NCBI GenBank assembly: GCA_963753595.1 | Contig: CAVWCX010000036.1 | Span: forward strand, 128,001 to 192,000 | Length of the DNA stretch: 64,000 nucleotides | Direction of reading: 5' to 3' | Source: Candidatus Methanoperedenaceae archaeon | GTDB taxonomy: Archaea; Halobacteriota; Methanosarcinia; Methanosarcinales; Methanoperedenaceae | Part shown: one piece after another, positions 1 to 9,662 of the stretch | How positions within the stretch are numbered: the stretch's first letter is position 1 | Layout of the letters: every line of letters begins with the position of its first letter | Made by a program: the position numbers and the translations under genes | The notes under the pieces: generated by a model | What the model was told of the DNA's origin: nothing | Databases searched by the model: none | The model's input: only the letters and a program-made list of their open reading frames with translations

Positions 1-11
1 CACAGGCTGCA

Positions 12-233
12 TTGATGTTATGTTACTTTGTGCTCGCTGTGCATGGTTTCTATGAGTGGAAAAAAGGAACAACGACGAGCTATATAAAAATATATGACGG
101 CAGGAATGTTATAGCAGGCGCACTCGTGCCAGTTGAGAAGGAAAAGATCGTCGGATTGACCACAGCACAAGCAGCACAACTTGGCAACGTGTTCAGTCGG
201 CATGGTGTCCTGAATGAAACGGGTGAGGAGTAA
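12..233 (+). CDS. C-terminal part of a membrane protein, possibly PnuC-like (probably starts upstream of the window)
   Basis: Hydrophobic segment ending YFVLAVHGFYEWKK resembles PnuC-type C-terminal helices; stop overlaps the PCNA start (TAATG). Confidence 0.3.
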   Translation: MMLCYFVLAVHGFYEWKKGTTTSYIKIYDGRNVIAGALVPVEKEKIVGLTTAQAAQLGNVFSRHGVLNETGEE

Positions 234-970
234 TGTTCAAGGCAAGCATCACTTCCCAGAAACTTGTTGAGTGTATTGATGCTCTCAAGGCTCTCGTAGC
301 TGAGGCAGAATTCTCCATGAAGCCCGAAGGGATCTCTGTGGCTGCAGTTGACGCATCGAATGTGGCAATGGTCACCTTAGACCTGGCCTCGAAAGCATTT
401 GAATCATATGAAGCTACGGAAATGGTGCTTGGTATTGACCTGAAGAAGATGGGGGGAGTTCTCGAAATGTCTGTTAAGGATGAGATCGTTGGGCTTGAGG
501 TTGATGAGGTGAGTCATAAGTTCATAATCAAAATGAGGGGGCTTGCATATACTATGAGCTTGCTCGATCCTGCCAGCATCCGCAAGTTATCAAAGATAGC
601 AAAACTTGATCTCCCTGGCAGTGTGACGTTTCGTGGTGAAGACTTGCGCCGCGGGATCAAGGCGGTAGATAAGGTCGGGGATTATGCCTATATTGGTATC
701 TCAGGCAAGGGTTTCTTCATCGAAGGCATAGGGGATACGGATGCTGTCAAACTTGAGCTTACCCGTGATCAGGTTATTGACATGAGATTTGCAGATGTTA
801 AGGCCATGTTCTCACTCGATTATCTCCTCAATATCAGTAAAGTATCCAGTAAAGCCGCCGAAGTTACCCTTGAGTTAGGCACGGACTTTCCCCTGCGTAT
901 TAAGCATAAAGTGGCTGATGGTAATGGGGATATGATGTACATTCTGGCACCCAGGGTTGAGAGTTCGTGA
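233..970 (+). CDS. pcn: PCNA sliding clamp
   Basis: 245 aa; MFKA..., AVDASNVAMV, LGIDL, FSLDYL, LGTDFPL and YILAPRVE are archaeal PCNA motifs. Confidence 0.95.
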   Translation: MFKASITSQKLVECIDALKALVAEAEFSMKPEGISVAAVDASNVAMVTLDLASKAFESYEATEMVLGIDLKKMGGVLEMSVKDEIVGLEVDEVSHKFIIKMRGLAYTMSLLDPASIRKLSKIAKLDLPGSVTFRGEDLRRGIKAVDKVGDYAYIGISGKGFFIEGIGDTDAVKLELTRDQVIDMRFADVKAMFSLDYLLNISKVSSKAAEVTLELGTDFPLRIKHKVADGNGDMMYILAPRVESS

Positions 971-1799
971 GATGAGATTTAAACCTGTAGATCCAGCTGA
1001 CCTGCCGGACTCTACCCCTATCACTCCCGCAGCATCCGGCTGTATTGCCAAAATAGTGGTGGATAAGCGCGAGATGCGCTGTGCGGTCTCAAAGGAAATA
1101 GACAGGATGCGGGTTGACCTGAAGGATCACAGGTTATTCTCATTGCCATATGGCCAATTCCCGGACGCAAAGACCAGTGCCGGTATTGACCTTGAGTTCA
1201 GAACGCTTTCTATCGCAGACTATGTGCTGAGTGACAGGGTCGGAGTCGAGCGAAAGACTACTGATGACTTCCTCAAAACACTTCTCGAACGGCACGAATT
1301 ATTCTCGCAGCTCATGGACTTGAAGATGGCATATAAGCGACCGCTTCTTGTTGTGGAAGGCGAGGGGGGCCAGAATGCGCTTTTTACTACCAGGATGATT
1401 GATCCTGCATCTATCTGGGGGATACTCGAAGCCATCACCATTGGCTTCCATATCCCGATCCTTTATACTAACGACTGTGCTGAAACTGCCCGGATACTTT
1501 GCCAGATTGCTGTGAGGCAGCAGACGCATGAAAGGCGACCGATATCGCTACATGGGAAGCGCAGTCATATGACTCGTAAGCAACTGCAGGAGTATGTTAT
1601 TTCATCTATACCCGATGTAGGACCCGTGGCTGCTGAACGCTTACTCAGGCAGTTTGGGAGTGTTGAAGGTGTTATTAATGCCACAAAAAAGGATTTGCTC
1701 GGAGTTGACCGGATAGGGCCGAAGATCGCTGAAAAGATGCGAATGCTGTTGAGTGCTGAGTATGTTTCAGAAGAAAGAGGCAAGCATGCACAAACCTAA
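957..1799 (+). CDS. ERCC4/XPF-family structure-specific nuclease (nuclease + HhH2, no helicase domain)
   Basis: VDKRE, ADYVLSDRVGVERKT..D, RPLLVVEG, and C-terminal IPDVGPVAA and GVDRIGPKIA HhH motifs; the real start may be a few codons later. Confidence 0.9.
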   Translation: MRVREMRFKPVDPADLPDSTPITPAASGCIAKIVVDKREMRCAVSKEIDRMRVDLKDHRLFSLPYGQFPDAKTSAGIDLEFRTLSIADYVLSDRVGVERKTTDDFLKTLLERHELFSQLMDLKMAYKRPLLVVEGEGGQNALFTTRMIDPASIWGILEAITIGFHIPILYTNDCAETARILCQIAVRQQTHERRPISLHGKRSHMTRKQLQEYVISSIPDVGPVAAERLLRQFGSVEGVINATKKDLLGVDRIGPKIAEKMRMLLSAEYVSEERGKHAQT

Positions 1800-2199
1800 G
1801 AAACTCACAACCACCATTACCCGCGCCGCCTTTGCCGAAAAGATGAAGCAGGTTGCAGAGAGCGGGCACTTTTATGAATACAAATGTATCACTGCCTTTT
1901 GGACTTGCCGTATTGAAGGGGTAAAGCTACCTGCAGAGATCGTGCTTCTTGTGGGTCAGTCGCCTTACAGATTCACTGCCGTTTCAATTGAAAGGGTTGA
2001 GATCTCCACGATTCCTGAATATGCGCGCGAGATATTGTCAAAGATTTCCAGTCCTGGTGATGGGCTGGTGTATGTGTACAGTATCAAATGCAAACCAATA
2101 ATCATACCACGGGGGCCAGCCCCTGCAAAACAGCTTCAAATCGGGTCATTCGCGCTCACACCCGTAGAACCGGACTGCGAGGAGACTGAGACATGTTAA
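1786..2199 (+). CDS. hypothetical protein with a PIP-box-like C-terminal motif
   Basis: ORF in the pcn operon, GAGG before the ATG at 1786; contains QLQIGSF. Confidence 0.6.
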   Translation: MHKPKKLTTTITRAAFAEKMKQVAESGHFYEYKCITAFWTCRIEGVKLPAEIVLLVGQSPYRFTAVSIERVEISTIPEYAREILSKISSPGDGLVYVYSIKCKPIIIPRGPAPAKQLQIGSFALTPVEPDCEETETC

Positions 2200-2552
2200 T
2201 GGTAGCTATCATCACATGGGGCGGGGACTTTGTACTACAGCAAGTGGCATCACGAGAAGAAGTAGTGCGTCTCAAGAAAGCGCTTTCGAACGTGTCAGGA
2301 CCCAAGAGAGACAGGGATTTCGTCTTCCATGAAGGTAATCTTCTGTGCCCGGTGACGCTTGACCGCACACACAGGCAGCTCTCTGAAGATGAGACAATTG
2401 AGTTCCTGAGGGGTGAAGCGTGGCCCAAGCTGGTTGAGGAAGGGAGGATTAAGATGAAAAACGGAAAACCGATCCTTATTCGTGAGGGTATAGAACAACC
2501 GCAGACGGGTGGAGTGACAGTGACCCAGGCGCTTCGAGATGCTTTTGGGTGA
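2193..2552 (+). CDS. hypothetical protein
   Basis: 119-aa ORF overlapping the previous stop; last gene of the + strand operon. Confidence 0.6.
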   Translation: MLMVAIITWGGDFVLQQVASREEVVRLKKALSNVSGPKRDRDFVFHEGNLLCPVTLDRTHRQLSEDETIEFLRGEAWPKLVEEGRIKMKNGKPILIREGIEQPQTGGVTVTQALRDAFG

Positions 2553-2681
2553 GTGAATTGTCCAATCCCGTTCCCGCAAATCCCCGTTAGCATCTTGCTA
2601 CCCCTTGACCCCACGCTCAGAAAAGTTGCTTAATGTACTCTGAAAATCCAAGCAGGGCAGGTTTCTCTGCCCTGACCCACT

Positions 2682-3068
2682 TTAAACCGTTTTTAGTTTC
2701 TTTGATGTCTTGGCTTTCTGCTTTTTGCTCGGTGCAGGCAATTCAGGTGTAGATTCGGGCGCAGGCAGCTTATCGCTGGCACATTCAGGGCACAAGCAGT
2801 CGTCGTCTTCCGGGGCTGCGTTATGCAAATCTTGGTAATCGGTGTAAACCCACAATTTCGCTAATTCAAGGGCTGCAAGAATGTCCCCGAAAGTGGAATC
2901 TTCATCAGAAATGAGGTCATAGATTTCCTCCGCGAGCGTATATTTTTCATCACATTCCGAGCAGGAGCAGGATGCATTTTCATCGCCCTCTTTTTCTACC
3001 ACTTTACCTTTGCCACGGAAAAATTCGTGGTCTATCATATTTCTGATCTCTTCGGTTTTTCCAAACAC
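2682..3068 (-). CDS. hypothetical acidic Cys-motif protein
   Basis: CSCSEC and CLCPEC motifs, Lys-rich tail. Confidence 0.55.
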   Translation of the reverse strand: MFGKTEEIRNMIDHEFFRGKGKVVEKEGDENASCSCSECDEKYTLAEEIYDLISDEDSTFGDILAALELAKLWVYTDYQDLHNAAPEDDDCLCPECASDKLPAPESTPELPAPSKKQKAKTSKKLKTV

Positions 3069-3208
3069 TTCAACGCCATCGTTTGAAAATACCGCTATGC
3101 CATACGATTCAGGGAATAGCCGTTCAATACATTCAGCGAGTTCGGTTGTTCGCTATTCGAGTGTTAATTCGGCTTTTTTCGGTTTCTGTGCTTTGGTTGT
3201 TTTCATAT

Positions 3209-4141
3209 TTATTCCTCGCTTTTGTTATTGCTTTCAGGATTAGCGGGCGCTGGTTCGAATTGTGGGACAATGGGCGGGCTTAACAATGCGGATTTGTTCG
3301 TACCACGATGTAAATTGCCTTCTTTATCCATTGTGTACTCTGAACCACAACCGCCTTGGGTCGTGTATTTACATCTATATAATTGATACTCTTCCCCGTC
3401 AATCTTATTTTTTCCCATTCGCCCCATTTTTATACCCTTCCCGCATGGGCATAATGGATTATTACTGCCCTTAGTGTTCTCGATAAAGTTGCCGTCATCA
3501 CCTACATAATATGTTTTTCCACATCCATCATGGGATAAATAGCAATGATATGACCCCCCACCCTTGTTTAACTTATAGTCCATTTTCTTCCCACATGAAG
3601 GACATTTTCGTTTTGTAGTTTGTTTTGTGATTTCAGGTATTGTCGGAGGTTCTATTTCATCCCGTCCAGAAATAACCTCTTGAAGTGTGGTTTTACCCAC
3701 CCCGCCCATGCTGGACATTATTTCAGACGCGACCTTAATACTATTACTGTCGTCCACGGCGTTTGATCTTGGTTTGAGGGCTTCAACCTCTTGCCTGAGT
3801 TGAGTCATTTCTTTTCTCAACTGTTGCATAGCCTCAGCTTTTACAAAACCCTTAGACTGCAATTCTTCCCTGAGTTGTCTTACCTGATCTTCATATGAAA
3901 GATTCCGAGTTCTAAATCTCGATACCTTGTTTGAAATCACGCTGGGGAATTTAGTTTTCAATAATTCGAGGATTTTATCGTTTGTAATCCAGAACCGTGT
4001 TTCATCTCTTTCTATATGGCATTGTATAAGGAATTCCAACTGCCCTGCAAGATTATTCCGAAACTCTGACCCCGTGAATATAAGGTACGGGAGCGATTGC
4101 TCAATTATGTAATCTAAAGCCAATTCAAATCTGCTGTCCAT
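3209..4141 (-). CDS. coiled-coil plus tandem Zn-ribbon protein, candidate ParA partner
   Basis: Heptad segment (QVRQLREELQ...QLRQEVEAL) and two repeats of CP(S)CG...Y.C.....GCG; directly downstream of parA. Confidence 0.7.
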   Translation of the reverse strand: MDSRFELALDYIIEQSLPYLIFTGSEFRNNLAGQLEFLIQCHIERDETRFWITNDKILELLKTKFPSVISNKVSRFRTRNLSYEDQVRQLREELQSKGFVKAEAMQQLRKEMTQLRQEVEALKPRSNAVDDSNSIKVASEIMSSMGGVGKTTLQEVISGRDEIEPPTIPEITKQTTKRKCPSCGKKMDYKLNKGGGSYHCYLSHDGCGKTYYVGDDGNFIENTKGSNNPLCPCGKGIKMGRMGKNKIDGEEYQLYRCKYTTQGGCGSEYTMDKEGNLHRGTNKSALLSPPIVPQFEPAPANPESNNKSEE

Positions 4142-4168
4142 TTTTTTCTCTCTCCCGTACTTCCTTAC

Positions 4169-5269
4169 TTACTCCGCGTGTTCTGGTGCTGGTTGTTCTG
4201 TGAATACAGGCGACCCGATGCTGGTTTGTATGTGTTCGGGTTCGGCAAGGGATTCGAATACGGGTGTTTTGATTCTGATCTCTTTGCTCTGTATGTCTTC
4301 TTGAAGTTTTAAAAGTTTGCCGTCCAACAGGTCAAATGTTTCCGATCGTAATATCTCGAATATAACTTTTCGGTCTGTGCTTTTGAACCGGAATAGTAAC
4401 TCATTACTTAGACTGAAATATTCGGTTTTGCTTCCTGTAAATCCAGCTACTTTCTTACGTTCTTTCGGGTTTTCTCTTACGGCGTTATCACAAACGAAAT
4501 CCCCGAAAACGTCCTTTAAAATCCGATATACTTTATTTCGGACACCATTTGAGTCTTTGACAGATAGATCGTTTTGGTACTTAACCACGGCAAGGGTTAC
4601 TTGCGGGATTTTTAGATTGTGCTGTTCGACCTGTGTGCGTATCCATGATAAGAGCGTTCGCATTCCAAGTGCCGCATCAATACTATCTATCGGGATAATA
4701 ATTTCATCGGCAACGCTACATGCCAGCGTATTTAATTTGTTTCCTTCGATTGCAGGCGCGGTATCCATGATAATTAAGTCGAAGTATTGTTTATAAAAGT
4801 CAATGTTGGTCTTAAACCAATTAAAAATATTCGTATTGGAAGCGGTCGTATAAGTTTTCTGGCTGAATTTATTGAATGTGTTTTCCGCATCCATTTCAGC
4901 TTCATGACTTCCCGGCATTAATCCAATATGTCCCGGTCTGACGATTGAGTTATTCATTCTTTTTAAACTGGAATAATGCAGCATTTTTATTAACTTGCGG
5001 TCAGGTTCTTCCCGGTAATTCATGAATAGAGAATTTAATCGATGGCCTTCAATCAAATCATCTGACATTCCCAATCTTTGACTTAAATTCGATTGCGGGT
5101 CATTATCCCAAAACAAAACTGACCCTCCGCTTCTGGCTTTTATCATGCCTAAAGCAGTTGCGGTAGATGTTTTTCCTACGCCGCCTTTATTATTTACAAC
5201 GATTACTATTTTCGATTGTGCTATTCTCTCCGGCGGGAGTCGTATAATTAATTCTTCGTTCTTCTTCAT
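4169..5269 (-). CDS. parA: ParA/Soj-family ATPase
   Basis: Deviant Walker A NNKGGVGKTS, DNDPQSNLS, and IIMDTAP. Confidence 0.9.
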   Translation of the reverse strand: MKKNEELIIRLPPERIAQSKIVIVVNNKGGVGKTSTATALGMIKARSGGSVLFWDNDPQSNLSQRLGMSDDLIEGHRLNSLFMNYREEPDRKLIKMLHYSSLKRMNNSIVRPGHIGLMPGSHEAEMDAENTFNKFSQKTYTTASNTNIFNWFKTNIDFYKQYFDLIIMDTAPAIEGNKLNTLACSVADEIIIPIDSIDAALGMRTLLSWIRTQVEQHNLKIPQVTLAVVKYQNDLSVKDSNGVRNKVYRILKDVFGDFVCDNAVRENPKERKKVAGFTGSKTEYFSLSNELLFRFKSTDRKVIFEILRSETFDLLDGKLLKLQEDIQSKEIRIKTPVFESLAEPEHIQTSIGSPVFTEQPAPEHAE

Positions 5270-5432
5270 ATTTAATTCACATCTTTGGGGTTTTTGCCAA
5301 GAGGTATATGAGATAGTGTTATTATTTATAGCTTTGCAATAAAAACGGTAAAACGGGTCGAGTTGTAAAAAATGTTAAAAATAGGGTGTTTTTCAGAAGA
5401 TAATCGTCAGAAATGACTAAAATGGTAAGGAC

Positions 5433-5753
5433 TTATCCTATATCCAAATCTTCTTTTGGGTATCCAAGGGCGACCAACGCTTTCTCAACAGCATCACGGA
5501 TTACCTTTTCTTCCTCGTCACTGATTTCCTGATTTGCCCTGTCTGCTTCTATAATGACGTTGAAATCATAAGACGTATGCGTATTTTCATATTCTTCCAA
5601 AGCCGTTTCTTCTTCCTTAGTAAGTCGCCCTGACCACCGTGCTTTTTTCTTAATCAGGGACATTCGCTCCCTGTAATAATTAGCCTCTTTTTCAGTGGGT
5701 TTCGCGCCCTTCCTGATTTTTTCTTGAATATTTAAAACGTCTTTGATATTCAT
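5433..5753 (-). CDS. hypothetical protein
   Basis: ORF with ATG at 5753 (MNIKDVL...). Confidence 0.55.
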   Translation of the reverse strand: MNIKDVLNIQEKIRKGAKPTEKEANYYRERMSLIKKKARWSGRLTKEEETALEEYENTHTSYDFNVIIEADRANQEISDEEEKVIRDAVEKALVALGYPKEDLDIG

Positions 5754-6074
5754 AATCTGCCGCCTCTTGAACAAGTCGATTTTTCCGGGCGCGTCGGCTT
5801 TTAATATTGAGGGATATCCCAATACTTATCCCTAAAATTTGTAATAAGCCCTACCCTGCGGTCAACCTCTTCTTGTGGGCAGCAGAGCTGCGGAGTATTA
5901 TGAATTAGTCATAAATTCAGTAATCGATATCCCAATTTTCTAAAAAAATTTTGGCGACGATCCAACTATAATAAAAAACTCGTTTTTCTAAAGTTTCCGA
6001 CCAACAAAAAACGCTAGGCATCACGGGCAACCAACATACAATAAACCCCAACCCACTGGCAAAAAAAATAACAA

Positions 6075-6254
6075 CTACTCCGGCTCTTCAGGGCCCAGGA
6101 ACTCATTCCAGCACTTATCAGAGCAGATGCCGGTTATCAACTGTTCACGTTCCCACGGTTTGGAGTTCGGGAACTGTTCCTGGACAGGTCTGTCATTGAA
6201 CCTATCAAGCACGGTATCGTATACCTGATGACAATTCGGACACTGTCGTCTCAT
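6075..6254 (-). CDS. 59-aa Cys4 microprotein (absent from the ORF track)
   Basis: MRRQCPNC...EREQLITGICSDKCWNEFLG; ATGA overlap with the upstream gene. Confidence 0.7.
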   Translation of the reverse strand: MRRQCPNCHQVYDTVLDRFNDRPVQEQFPNSKPWEREQLITGICSDKCWNEFLGPEEPE

Positions 6255-6388
6255 AGTTCAACCACGCTCCCGCATAGTGAACAAAGACCGACGCTTCGAT
6301 ACTCAACCTCTATTCCGTTTCTGACTGCTTCGTTATAGCTGAGCAAACGGTTATCACCGCACTCTTTACAAGTCTTCTCATTGTTCAT
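6251..6388 (-). CDS. 45-aa Zn-ribbon microprotein (absent from the ORF track)
   Basis: MNNEKTCKECG...GLCSLCGSVVEL; GGAGG RBS; directly behind the repeated promoter cassette. Confidence 0.65.
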   Translation of the reverse strand: MNNEKTCKECGDNRLLSYNEAVRNGIEVEYRSVGLCSLCGSVVEL

Positions 6389-6399
6389 ATTGATCCTCC

Positions 6400-6447
6400 G
6401 AACTATCGATACTTCGATAATTCGCCCACGATAATTTTATATAAAAA
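6400..6447 (-). promoter_or_regulatory. element-specific promoter plus 5' hairpin cassette, type A copy 1
   Basis: Minus strand TTTTTATATAAAATT...GAATTATCGA-AGTA-TCGATAGTTC followed by an RBS; repeated at 7594-7641 and 17269-17314. Confidence 0.7.
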
Positions 6448-6847
6448 CCAGACAACAAACCGCCAGCATGCAGCGCACGATCATTCCCTGGCCGGGCTTT
6501 AGCACCATTATTCCGACGTCAACATACGGCACGCCGTTCCCTGAAAGAAGATATGCTTGAAAAAGCGATGGATATAGTATGCTTTGGAAGCAATTTGGGT
6601 ATAATCTTGGAAAAATGCTATTTAAGCATATACCAATAATTGAATGCGTAGAGGATAATACATAACGCTTTACAAGATTCCCACCTATCCTATCCACAAT
6701 CTATCCAAGAATTCTTGAAATCCTCTACCTTTTCTATTCATATATTAGATTGATTCATTCTATTAACACTCATGCACTGCCATGATTCCAGTGGCAAAAA
6801 AAAAAATGCCTGAAAAAGCCTGATGGACCCTTTCTAGCCTAAATCCT

Positions 6848-7093
6848 TCATACTGGCACCCACTTGTATCCATATGACACACCGCCGGGCAGAAGATCCA
6901 GGACCACGTTATCGCAGGCTTTTGGATCGTTGAACACAAGCATGCGCCTGAAACCGTTGCAGCATTTGTCAGCGTCTTCCTTGAAAAACCATGTATGGTT
7001 GCCTGACTTGCATTTGTGGGTCATACTCTCATCTCGCGCTGGAACTCTTCGAATGGCTTTGCCTCCTCTCCTGAAAGGATGGCCTTCATGCAA
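6848..7093 (-). CDS. small hypothetical protein
   Basis: Cys/His-containing ORF; likely start at 7024 (MTHKCK). Confidence 0.5.
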   Translation of the reverse strand: MHEGHPFRRGGKAIRRVPARDESMTHKCKSGNHTWFFKEDADKCCNGFRRMLVFNDPKACDNVVLDLLPGGVSYGYKWVPV

Positions 7094-7157
7094 TAGTCAC
7101 CATACTTTTCCCTGAGCACCTGGTCTTTATACGCCAAAAGATAATTGGGCATGGAGA

Positions 7158-7583
7158 TCATACCTCCACATGCAGCTCTTTTGCGATAGTATCATAACTT
7201 GCCTTCACAAGATCTGGATGCTCGGTAACAAGCTGGTTCATCCGTCTGCATGCTTCGATGATCATGGCCCGTTTGATCATATCCACGAGCAAGAAGCGAT
7301 GGCAATTACCCACGCGCTCAAAGCATACAAGATACACATCTTTAGTCTTTGCAAGCTCTCCGATCCTTAGCATCTCGACCTTGCATTTCGGATTATCCAT
7401 CTCCCTCAAAAACCTTGAGATATATCCATCCCAGGTCATCTTTCCCGCTTTATACTCTTTCAGCATATCCCACGAAGGAGATAGCACGCTTCCAGCCCTG
7501 CGCGTTACATCAATCAATACCGCATCTGGATCCGCTCTTCTTACATTCTCAACATTTCCCAAGTATGTTTCTTTTAAACTCAT
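7158..7583 (-). CDS. DUF488-like protein
   Basis: LIDVTRR, LSPSWDML, TWDGY..RF, and VYLVCFE....CHR motifs. Confidence 0.75.
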   Translation of the reverse strand: MSLKETYLGNVENVRRADPDAVLIDVTRRAGSVLSPSWDMLKEYKAGKMTWDGYISRFLREMDNPKCKVEMLRIGELAKTKDVYLVCFERVGNCHRFLLVDMIKRAMIIEACRRMNQLVTEHPDLVKASYDTIAKELHVEV

Positions 7584-7593
7584 ATCAAATCAC

Positions 7594-7641
7594 GAACTAT
7601 CGAACCTTCGATAATTCACTCCTCACAATTTTATTTAAAAA
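7594..7641 (-). promoter_or_regulatory. promoter plus 5' hairpin cassette, type A copy 2
   Basis: TTTAAATAAAATT followed by GAATTATCGAA-GG-TTCGATAGTTC just before the ATG at 7583. Confidence 0.7.
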
Positions 7642-7714
7642 TAGAATAATATGAAAGCAGAACTCAAACTTGCGGCTTATTTTTCAACGTATATTGAATG
7701 GTTAATTATTTATC

Positions 7715-8008
7715 GTGAGAATTACAGATATATTAAAGATGTACAACGTTGAGGAATTTAAAAAGCTGTATCCAGAGATGTTTCCACGAACAACGCCAAC
7801 AGACATTATTATAGGCGTGCTTATTTTATCTCTTCTTTTTATTATCCCCTATCTTTACATCAGGTTCCTGGAGGACAGGGTGATCTCATTCCTGGGAAAC
7901 AGGCTTATCCCTTTTATAGAATTCAAGTTGAGATTGAAAAGGATCATAGATCTTGTTCATCAAATACTTGAAATGTCGGTTTTTGGAAATCCCAGGTCAA
8001 GGATATAA
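7715..8008 (+). CDS. small membrane protein
   Basis: Single hydrophobic helix IIIGVLILSLLFIIPYLYI. Confidence 0.45.
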   Translation: MRITDILKMYNVEEFKKLYPEMFPRTTPTDIIIGVLILSLLFIIPYLYIRFLEDRVISFLGNRLIPFIEFKLRLKRIIDLVHQILEMSVFGNPRSRI

Positions 8009-8036
8009 ATCATTTAAAAAAAAGAAGGGAGAGGTA

Positions 8037-8924
8037 TCATAGACCTCTCTTGAATTTATCAAACCAGAATTTCACAGACGATGCTGCGGTGTCAAACTTC
8101 CTGGCAGTCGCTCTTAAACTGAGACCGTCCTTGAAAGCGTCTCTCAGATTCTGTCGGTCAGCTTCACTGAAGGTCCTATGGTGCTTCATGGGGCTATCAT
8201 CTGTAACTTTACGAACGAAAGTAGGGGAATGCCCGGTAAGTTTCGCGACTTCAGTATTATTGAAGCCTTTTTCCTTCAACTCTCTTATACGATCTCTTTC
8301 TTCCAGTGAAACTTTTAAGAATTTTCTGGTCGATAGATTTTCGTGCGTTACCGACATGATGATATTACGGATCACGTCATGATGTCTGCCAAACTTCTTA
8401 CCGATCCTGGTTGAAGACATACCATTTCTATATAATTTCAGGATTTCTGTTTTAAGTTCATCCGTTACTGGTTTATGCCTCTCTCGTTTAATGTTGGTTT
8501 CCATGATCCTCATTGATTGATATATTTGAGAATCTGCAATGTCGTATTTTGTGACGATACTCTTGATAGACATTCCTGCAGTATAGTCAGAAATAATCTT
8601 ATTGCGTTTTTCATCTGATAGAGGGCGCCATCGTCTAATAGCGGGTCGGTCTATTCCCATGATCTTATAGGCAAGCATGTAAAGACGATATTGGATTTCG
8701 GATCCACTCTGTCGAATAATAAACGACGAAGGGTTTCCTCCTGCCAGAGTAATTCCTCTGACTCTCTTTACTTGCCACAAAGCCGGAGTTTTTGCTTCAT
8801 GCAAAGGGCTGCAGTGCTGTATATCCGACCAGGAAGCCTTGTAAACATCACCAAATTGGTCGAAAAGTTCTTCATGTGGTTCTGCGTAAGCTACGCTCGT
8901 GTAGGTTTTTACTAAGGGAAACAT
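8037..8924 (-). CDS. multi-HTH DNA-binding protein
   Basis: Four tandem HTH-like units: GMSIKSIVTKYDI, GMSSTRIGKKFGR, GFNNTEVAKLTGHS, GLSLRATARKFDT. Confidence 0.75.
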   Translation of the reverse strand: MFPLVKTYTSVAYAEPHEELFDQFGDVYKASWSDIQHCSPLHEAKTPALWQVKRVRGITLAGGNPSSFIIRQSGSEIQYRLYMLAYKIMGIDRPAIRRWRPLSDEKRNKIISDYTAGMSIKSIVTKYDIADSQIYQSMRIMETNIKRERHKPVTDELKTEILKLYRNGMSSTRIGKKFGRHHDVIRNIIMSVTHENLSTRKFLKVSLEERDRIRELKEKGFNNTEVAKLTGHSPTFVRKVTDDSPMKHHRTFSEADRQNLRDAFKDGLSLRATARKFDTAASSVKFWFDKFKRGL

Positions 8925-8940
8925 ACATGCCTCATTTGGA

Positions 8941-9017
8941 GATCGCAGGATTCCAAATCATGTGATCGCTTGCGATTTTGAGTTTTTAACTCACCAAAAT
9001 CAAATTTTATTTAAAAA
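8941..9017 (-). promoter_or_regulatory. promoter plus structured leader cassette, type B copy 1
   Basis: TTTAAATAAAATT-TGATTTTGGTGAGTTAAAA...CCTGCGATC; near-identical copy at 9588-9662. Confidence 0.65.
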
Positions 9018-9030
9018 TGAGGCGTTCACT

Positions 9031-9112
9031 GCTTCCGCCGCAACAGCGGCGCGCTACCCATCCGCAGATGGCGCAACACATGCTGATCAGGGTCTGGGTG
9101 AAACCCAGCGCT
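9031..9112. ncRNA. candidate structured RNA/ssDNA element, copy 1
   Basis: Three GC-rich hairpins; second copy at 13335-13415 has compensatory changes and an identical GGGTCTGGGTGAAACCCAGCGCT. Confidence 0.5.
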
Positions 9113-9206
9113 CATCTTGTGGAATTGCAGAAAAATCGAGACGGAACCGAAAAAAAGAAAAAGGGAATCTTGAACGCGCCTGAGGCGATACATCAAATAA
9201 ATGGGA

Positions 9207-9356
9207 TCATTTCTCCACCTCCCTGACATATTGACTGACAGCCTCAGCCACCATCGCTGTTATCGGTTTTCTGGATTTCATTTTCATCCGATACATGGCA
9301 GCCATATCTTCTTCGGATATCTTATTGCCGACCCAGGTATAACGGGGATAGCTCAT
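9207..9356 (-). CDS. 49-aa ribbon-helix-helix (CopG-like) regulator (absent from the ORF track)
   Basis: MSYPRYTWVGNKISEEDMAAMYRMKMKSRKPITAMVAEAVSQYV; beta-alpha-alpha pattern; ATGA overlap with the upstream ORF. Confidence 0.6.
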   Translation of the reverse strand: MSYPRYTWVGNKISEEDMAAMYRMKMKSRKPITAMVAEAVSQYVREVEK

Positions 9357-9550
9357 AGTCGTTCGCCTGCATCCTTCAGTTGCTGTTCGATTTCCCTCAT
9401 CTCATCGACATAATCCCACCAAGCTTCCATCGATGACGGATCCAGTGGGCTGACTAGAGGAGCTTCCCTGGCGCGTTTAATGAAATGTTCTCTAATCTTT
9501 TCCCGCTCTGTCTGAGCGAAAGTTATTTTTGATTTTGGTTCTATAGACAT
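9353..9550 (-). CDS. small hypothetical protein
   Basis: MSIEPKSK... preceded by AGGAG and the type B cassette. Confidence 0.55.
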   Translation of the reverse strand: MSIEPKSKITFAQTEREKIREHFIKRAREAPLVSPLDPSSMEAWWDYVDEMREIEQQLKDAGERL

Positions 9551-9587
9551 TCTTACAACTCCTAACAAGTTGTAGCGCACATTTGGC

Positions 9588-9662
9588 GATCGCAGGATCG
9601 AGCTCCTGCGACTGCTTGCGCTATTGAGATTTTAACTCACCAAAATCAATTTTATTTAAAAT
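9588..9662 (-). promoter_or_regulatory. promoter plus structured leader cassette, type B copy 2
   Basis: Repeat of 8941-9017. Confidence 0.65.

Noticed and set aside
9584-9615. tRNA-like 3' end (…CCTGCGATCGCCA on the minus strand)
   Set aside because: No cloverleaf can be built; it is part of the type B leader repeat
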